Assembly: GCF_009914755.1 (NCBI RefSeq)
Contig: NC_060936.1
Source: the human T2T-CHM13v2.0 reference genome, Homo sapiens
Reading direction: 5' to 3' (one strand)
Length of the DNA stretch: 64,000 bases
Below the pieces are notes generated by a model. It was not told the origin of the DNA. It did no database searches and saw nothing but the letters and a program-made list of their open reading frames with translations. This document shows positions 56,847 to 64,000 of the stretch, piece by piece; position 1 is the first letter of the stretch; the number at the start of each line of letters is the position of its first letter. A program made the position numbers and the translations under genes.

Positions 56847-57004
56847 GGATGGTTCTCAAAGCACCAGTCTACAAGATAAGAAGCAGCCCCAGAATGTAAA
56901 TCAGTTCTATCACTAAGTACCCTGCTTAGTTCAGCTGATGTTCTTTTCATACTAAGACTTCCCGATGAAAGAAGTAGCTCAGACCACATTTGTGAGTAGT
57001 ACTG
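56847..57004. mobile_element. MER5-like hAT-Charlie MITE
   Basis: Ends ..tggttctcaaa / tgagtagtactg; perfect 8-bp TSD ctctagaa at 56839-56846 and 57005-57012. Confidence 0.75.
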
Positions 57005-58832
57005 CTCTAGAATCATATGCCAGAAATTTTCTATTCTTCTTCTGTCAGAAAGTATTGTTCTTCCCCCATATACTCCCATGACATATCTTATATCCATTCA
57101 TCTGTAATACTCCCCACAATATTATCACAGCCACAATTAAGACTTTTATGTGTATCCATTTTCCCCACCAGACTGAGTTTCCAGGAGATAAAAATGTGCT
57201 TTTCTCATGTTGAAATCCAATATATTTTATACATAGCAGATATTAAATATTAGCTTAATTAAAATGAGTTCTCTCCCATGTCACTACATTAAAGGACAAA
57301 ACATTTAAGATTTAGATAAAACACGACCTCATTCTTTCCCACAATTTTTTCCTATCATACTGTTACTCAGAATGCCCCTAGGGTCCAAATAGCATTAGAA
57401 AAAGAGTACTGAAGTGAGAGCTAAATATAGGTGATCAGAAAAAGACTAGGGAAGGTAATTGAAAATAAAATAAAGAAGAAAAGGGTACACAGAAGTCTAG
57501 GGTCATAAGTAAAGGAAAAACTGATCTATTTCTCATTGATTTAACACAGTATTGAGAAACCATCTGAAATTCAACTAGAACATTATAGGGATACAGGAAT
57601 GGGGCAAAAGCATAAGTAAGAGTGAAGATTATACCTAATTTCCAAACCTTTCCCCTAAACCAAAGGAAAAAAATATTTTTACTCTCCATTATAAACCTAG
57701 AGGCCTTTCAAATTCTTAACACATTTCCCCAATAAATACCAACTCTATTCTTTTTTCTACACAAGAAAGCACTTAACAAGGCAAATTGTAAGGAGTAATG
57801 TTAGGCTATACCAGATAAGCAATATAGATCCACTTGTATGATCCAACACTGCAGCTGAGTCTACTGAGCTACAAAGTCTACAGTTCTTATCACAATCCCA
57901 TAATAACTATTCAACCTATGTTTTCCCTTTAGCTTTGTAGACCAGGTATTTGCACATAAAAACAAATCTTGGTGCTAAATTGTATTCTAAATTGGATTTG
58001 TGCCATTCCAAGTGGTTTTGAGGTGTTCATATTTCTTAACTAAAACTTCTGGTTGTACTGATCGTTCAAGTTTTTTTCACTATTTCTACTTATGTAAGAT
58101 TTACTATGATGTAGTTTTTTTTCTTCTTCTTCAATAGTTCTGCATAAATGAGACACTTCACTCACTAAGGAAATCTCTTTATAATTATAGGGATCATATG
58201 AAAATCCCGTTATCCACCATGAAAATCTGGTAGCTATTTCAATGTAACAGAAATACTTAACTATGAAGAATTAGATGAAAGGACTACTATCTTTTTTAAA
58301 TTATAAAATAAAACTTTTAAGGTGTATATTTTTCCTCAAAAAATAATGAGCAATAACTGTGAGAAAAATATTTAGAGAAGTTAAATGCCTATGTGCAGCT
58401 CACATATTAAACTAAAAGCATCTCAATTACAAATAATCAAGTTTTCTTTTTGATATTAGCTTTTGACTCTCTTACTGTCTGAATGAAACCACCACCTACC
58501 TATATGTGTAATTGCTACATTTTATGTAACACACAAAATGAATTAACATAGGTCTAAAATGAAAAATAACTTTATCTTTGTTTTGGTCTAGGCAGTAGAT
58601 GAACATGAAGATCAGTTGTTCAATATCAATTCAAGCTACTAAAGGATTGTGATAACAAACTGACCTGTAAATATGAATGAAATGCCAATTTCAGACCCAA
58701 AATGATTAAACATGAAGTGTAAAATAGTGGGTAAGAGGACATGAGAGGAGAAAAAAGGAAACTGGTAGGAGCTACATATAAAAGACAACTTTGTAACACT
58801 TTTTCAAAATTGTTTGTGTTTTATATTACTAC

Positions 58833-59122
58833 CAGGGTTACATCATTACTTTCTTTGGCCCTAAGATTTTTGTTCTTGTAAACTCTTTTTTCCGTAAAAA
58901 TAAATAAATAAATACAACAAAATATTTTAAAATTATATTTTATGACTCCGTTGGTATAAAAACTAATATATTAATATTATGTACCAATCAAAACATTTTC
59001 TTCAACCTCAATGTTCACTTGTTTTCTGTTTCTAAAAGAAATCAAAACAGGATCATGAGACCCTGAAAGTATTATGGGTTCCGGCACTGTGCCTACAGTT
59101 CTTAATGGATAAGTTGGCCCTG
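58833..59122 (-). mobile_element. hAT-Tip100-type MITE (ORSL-like)
   Basis: Termini cagggt... / ...ggcactgtgcctacagttcttaatggataagttggccctg; AT-rich interior. Confidence 0.6.
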
Positions 59123-59187
59123 TCTATAACAATAGAGTTTCTCCCCAACTATCTTTTCTTTCCTGTGATTATTCTAAGAATACTTGA

Positions 59188-59561
<374 letters not shown>

Positions 59562-60459
59562 CATTTATTCTTACTGAATCTTTTGTACATGTTACATTTA
59601 TCTACCACCATACCTTCAACTTACTGACTAACAATTCTACGAGCTTTCACCATCAATACTCAAAAATACAAGCACACATGTCACCAGACTGCTTCCCATT
59701 TCCCAGAAGTTATGGTGTCATTAAAAGATCTGAAAATGTAGTCCCTCTTATGGTTTGATATGAGATAAAGCATTCAAAAAATAGAAAACTATGTTTGTTC
59801 CAGGTAGACACTGGCAGTAAAAATATAAAAAACTAGTTAATTAATTCACATTTAAATATTTGTTTTCCCATGATTTTCTTGGACTGTAATATCACAGAGA
59901 CTTAATATACACTTTTGCAAACATAATAACATTTAGCCAGACCATTTGGTAACCATTTAATATATAGGTTGTGAGTTTTATCAAAGTGACTAATATAACC
60001 TTGATTTTAGATAGTTGGGAAGATCGATGTCTTTGAAAGGATTTTAAAGATTGCATATGGAGAACTACGCAAGAAAAGGAGGCAGCAACTTAGGGAGCCA
60101 GGTTAGCCAGATACACCCTGGATATTAAAAGAGTGATAAACATTCCTGAAAGATCATCTTCATATTCAGTGACTAATTAAAGCTGGACTAGGGAAATAAA
60201 ATGTTTTTCTCTAATTGCGTAGTCAAAATGACCATTGTTCTCAAACTCTATAAACCTACAAAATACAGAAAAGTTTACTTTAATACCTTACTTTCCTTAT
60301 ATGAGACAGCCTTCGCCAAGAAATCATTCTTAAAAGTTACATTATTTCTAGCCAATAAGCAAAAATACTTTTTTTCACTATAACTCAGGCTTAACATTAG
60401 AGTTTTTCATTAAATCATTATCTCTGATCACTCGATTTAAGGGCCAAGAAATGACTGTA

Positions 60460-60735
60460 GGCTGGGCACCGTGGCTCATGAGGCAGACAGATTGCTTGAG
60501 CCTAGGAATTCAAGACTGAAGACCGGCCTGGGCAACATGGAGAAACTGTCTCTCCAAAAAAAAAAGCAGAAAATAAACCAGGCATGGTGGTACACACCTG
60601 CAGCCCCAGCTACTGGGGAGGCAGAGGTGTGAGAATCATCTGATCCCAGGAGGTCAAGGCTGCAGCGAGCCAAGATAGTGCCACTGTACTCCACCCTGGG
60701 TGACAAGGTAAGACCCTGTCTCAAAAGAAAAAGAA
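60460..60735 (+). mobile_element. AluJ SINE with a ~27-nt left-arm deletion
   Basis: ttgcttgagcctagg, aggtcaaggctgcag and agaccctgtctc are AluJ features; degenerate TSD aagaaatgactgta / aagaaataactaca. Confidence 0.92.
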
Positions 60736-62764
60736 AAGAAATAACTACAGTGCCATTGCTGACACCAAAAATAAACCACTTGTTTACATGTTTATAAACT
60801 TTTATTATAAAATACCAGTTTCTGTGTTTTCAGTGCCAAGTATATCATTCTCACCAACCGCTCAATTGTAATTTCTTTTTCATATACACTAAATGTCCAT
60901 CCTATATGCTTCCTTAAATCAAACAGTCTCTATTATTTTTGCTTTAGATTAGAGCATTTTCTTTTCTTTGCCGCAAAGGATATGTAGGAGACTACAGGTA
61001 AAGAATTGCTACCACTGTGAAAAGGGGTATATAAAGATCATGTGAATGATTGTTGTTTAAGAGATTCACAGAGCAGGTTTGAAAAGCCACATGTGGTTAA
61101 CTGGTCATTGTGCTATAAATATTTACCTTCTTTTCAGATAAAAAATTTTTCCAATACTTTGATTATAAAAAACTCACCAGATGGACTTTACTATTGAGTT
61201 ACAGGTTTTCTGGTAAGAATACGGTTAACTGTGAGACTCCTTGCAGTGGGTTTTCTGAATCAAAAAGATATTGAACATTAGGTGCTTCAAAGATGGTGAT
61301 TCACAAAAGTATATTCTCTTGTGTAATAAATCAAGGAATAAAAAATAAGCATGAGAAAATGTATAAAGCCAAATCATACCAGAAAAGGGAAAGATGGGAA
61401 TCATTTATCTCTGGCCTGGAAACCTGAAGACAATTCATTTTCAGTAAGATTTAAAATGGTATTTCCTCATCTAAATTCTTAGGGAAACATTCTCATTAAA
61501 AATAAATTCTAACATTCATTTATTTATGCCTAATAAATTGGCACTATAGCTATTCAAAGAGGAAATAAATCCCAGTGCCATATTTTGTCCTTGGGTAGTT
61601 ACTGCTGATTGTGGACTTGAGGCAATCAAGTTTAGCGACGCACCATACGCAGACCACCGCAACCTTGGTGCTCTTAGAAATCTCTGTGACTTTTGAGGGA
61701 AGCCCAATTAAAGTATTCTCTTTTTAAAATTTCCCTAAAATGAAAGGAAAGGGGAGAGAAAATTTAATGAAAACATAATAGGTTCCATCCAGTAAAGACT
61801 TGTCATGTAATAGAGACATCGGAAATAGTACGGGCAGCAACTTAAAAGAGAATTTAGCCCAAAGCTAGAGTTATAAGAAGAGAGAGAGAGTGAATAGATG
61901 ATCCCAAGATGATGCAGATCCTAAGATGAATTCCAAGAGGCACAGGATGAGGTCATGGAATCTACTGAGTACAAATATACTCTCATGGAGGGATATTTAA
62001 ACCTGAACCGGGACTGGGGAAGTCCTGAGAGAAAGGATTAGTCTCATAAATCATGAAAAACTACCACGACAGATGCTACCTACAGCAAAGTCCTCGATAT
62101 CCTGTATCCATACTGTTTTCCACCTCAAACCACTGAGTACCATAGAAGAAGGGGGAAAGGCAATAGGAATATGCTGAGTGCATACTCACTTATAGCTCAA
62201 AAGACCTCAGGCTTTAATGTGGCCTACGTGGATATTTTAGAACAGTGAGGAATTTAAGAATAGGTCTTCAACTTCCATTGTGTTTCCTAGTGCTGGCCCA
62301 AGGTTATGACCACAAGACAGTGGATTTTCTCTGTGCATCTTAAGACTGTGTGGTTTACCTAATGTCACACCTGTAACTAATAGTTGAGGGGGAGTTTTAC
62401 TCCTCTGTGGAAGTAAAACTAATCTTATAACGAAGCAGGAAGTTTTTCTTCAATAATCGTGAAGTGGAATATTTTGATTCAAAAACAGTAACACATAAAG
62501 AGGCATTATGAAGAGAAATTGTATATTAAACTTGCTAAAAAAATTCAAAGATTAAAGAGAAAACTGTTTGTTTGTATCATTAGGAAAGTTGGCTGCTGAA
62601 AGGTTTTCATTAGAATACCCAAGGACTTCAGGAGATCATTTTAAGTTCCATAATTCTGGCCAAATAACCCCACTGTGTTTTTCCTGATTAAAATGTGTTA
62701 CAATTCTGCAAAAAATCCTTACTGTTTTTTCTTTAGTAAAAAAGTTTCATTATTTTTTCTTCAT

Positions 62765-62860
62765 AGAAAGGAAGGAAGAAAGGAGGGGAAGAAAGAGGAA
62801 GCAAAGGAAGGAAAGAAGGAAAAAAAGGAGGAGGAAGAGAGGAAAGAAGGCAGGAAGAAA
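62765..62860. repeat. GA-rich low-complexity (GAAG)n-like tract
   Basis: Nearly pure purine run. Confidence 0.85.
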
Positions 62861-63096
62861 CCTGATAATATAGTATCACATCAAAGTAATGATAGCAAGT
62901 CTGAATTACCACTGACTTTAAAGAGAACCAGAGATTTTTACCATTAAGTTTGAAGCAATGCTAGGTTGAGATTACACTACTATTACTCTATTAACTACTT
63001 ACAAGAACTGTTTAAGCAGTGGATGCTGAATTTTATCAAAGACCTTTTTGAGAATTTTCATAGAAGATTTCCCCTTCAGGCAGTGAGAATATAAAC

Positions 63097-63307
63097 CAGA
63101 AGTCTGCAAAGACTTTCTGTGAAAGGTAATATAGAAAATATTTCAGACTTTACAAGCTATCGGGCCTCTATTGGAAATACTGTAGCACAAAAGCAGCTAT
63201 AGATACTAAGTAAATGAATTAGTGTGGCTCTGTTCAATAGAACTGTATTCACAAATTTACAAGCAGTGGGCCAGATTTTCCAGCAAGTTGTAGTTTGTTG
63301 ACCCCTA
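63097..63307 (+). mobile_element. MER58A-like hAT-Charlie MITE
   Basis: cagaagtctgcaaa...aaaagcagctataga...gtgtggctctgttcaata...tagtttgttgacccct. Confidence 0.75.
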
Positions 63308-63420
63308 AGATAGATGATGCTAATATACATTTCTTGGTATAAACTTTCCTGGCATTCCCTAAACTAACTCTTTTTAGGCATGGTCTATTAAAAGTATAGT
63401 AAAAGGCACTGATAACTTTC

Positions 63421-64000
63421 TCATCACAGTGAACAGGCAACCTACAGAATGGGAGAAAATTTTTGCAATCTATCCACCTGACAAAGGGCTAATATCCAGA
63501 ATCTACAAGGAACTTAAACAAATTTACAAGAAATAAACAAACAACCCCATCAAAAAGTGGGTGAAGGATATGAACAGACACTTCTCAAAAGAAGATATTT
63601 ATGCAGGCAATAAACATATGAAAAAAAGCTCATCATTATTGGTTATTAGAGAAATGCAAATCAAAACCACAATGAGATACCACCTCATGCCAGTTAGAAT
63701 GGCAATCACTAAAAAAGTCAGGAAACAACAGATGCTGCAGAGGATGTGGAGAAATAGGAATGCTTTTACACTGTTCGTAGGAGTATAAATTAGTTCAACC
63801 ATTGTGGAAGACAGTGTGGCGATTCCTCAAGGATCTAGAACCAGAAATACCATTTGATCCATTTGATCCAGCAATCCCAATACCCATTACTGGGTATATA
63901 CCCAAAGGATTATAAATCATTCTACTATAAAGACACATGCACACTTATGTTTATTGCAGCACTATTCACAATAACAAAGACTTGGAACCAACCCAAATGC
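63421..64000 (+). mobile_element. 5'-truncated LINE-1 (L1PA class) ORF2 C-terminal part, running off the window
   Basis: ORF 63561-63788 reads [11 protein letters not shown]...[14 protein letters not shown]; the DNA is similar to the reverse complement of 7070-7610. Confidence 0.93.

Noticed and set aside
61630-61675. Small CpG-dense patch gcgacgcaccatacgcagaccaccgc
   Set aside because: Only four CpGs, far short of a CpG island, with no recognisable RNA gene or motif.
62393-62420. Hairpin agttttact...agtaaaact (and similar 6-9 bp stems at ~16800, ~33725 and ~55820) as pre-miRNA or structured RNA
   Set aside because: The stems are too short and AT-rich for a pre-miRNA and are compatible with chance.
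62675-62947. Lys/Glu-rich 90-aa ORF
   Set aside because: It is the translation of a GA-rich simple repeat.

Overview
Primate (very probably human) genomic DNA, AT-rich and almost entirely intronic. The only host-gene coding sequence I can support is one 211-nt internal exon on the minus strand (33443->33233). Its translation ([70 protein letters not shown]) matches the N-terminal region of the SoxD factor L-SOX5, so the window is SOX5 intron-exon-intron transcribed right to left. The rest is transposon-derived or unique intronic DNA: a decayed full-length L1PA in sense to SOX5, several truncated L1s, eight Alus, a MER11 solo LTR nested in an L1, Tigger1/Tigger3/MER47 and hAT elements, MIR/L2 relics, microsatellites and a 28-bp AT-only minisatellite. 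The other ORFs in the track are repeat-derived or chance. No complete new system can be proven from sequence alone. The best candidates cluster around the exon: (1) its 3' splice site is triplicated as a 36-bp in-frame tandem repeat, making two extra acceptors that are also AG|GT junctions; (2) the exon sits between two ~210-bp direct repeats and between an inverted Alu pair; (3) an antisense Alu 4 kb upstream has acquired a TAG acceptor and a GTGAGT donor that define a stop-free, in-frame 69-nt exon. Also notable are a 726-bp segment bracketed by unexplained inverted repeats and a Tigger1 with two right ends enclosing non-Tigger DNA. Repeat subfamily names and consensus comparisons are from recall and need RepeatMasker/Dfam confirmation.
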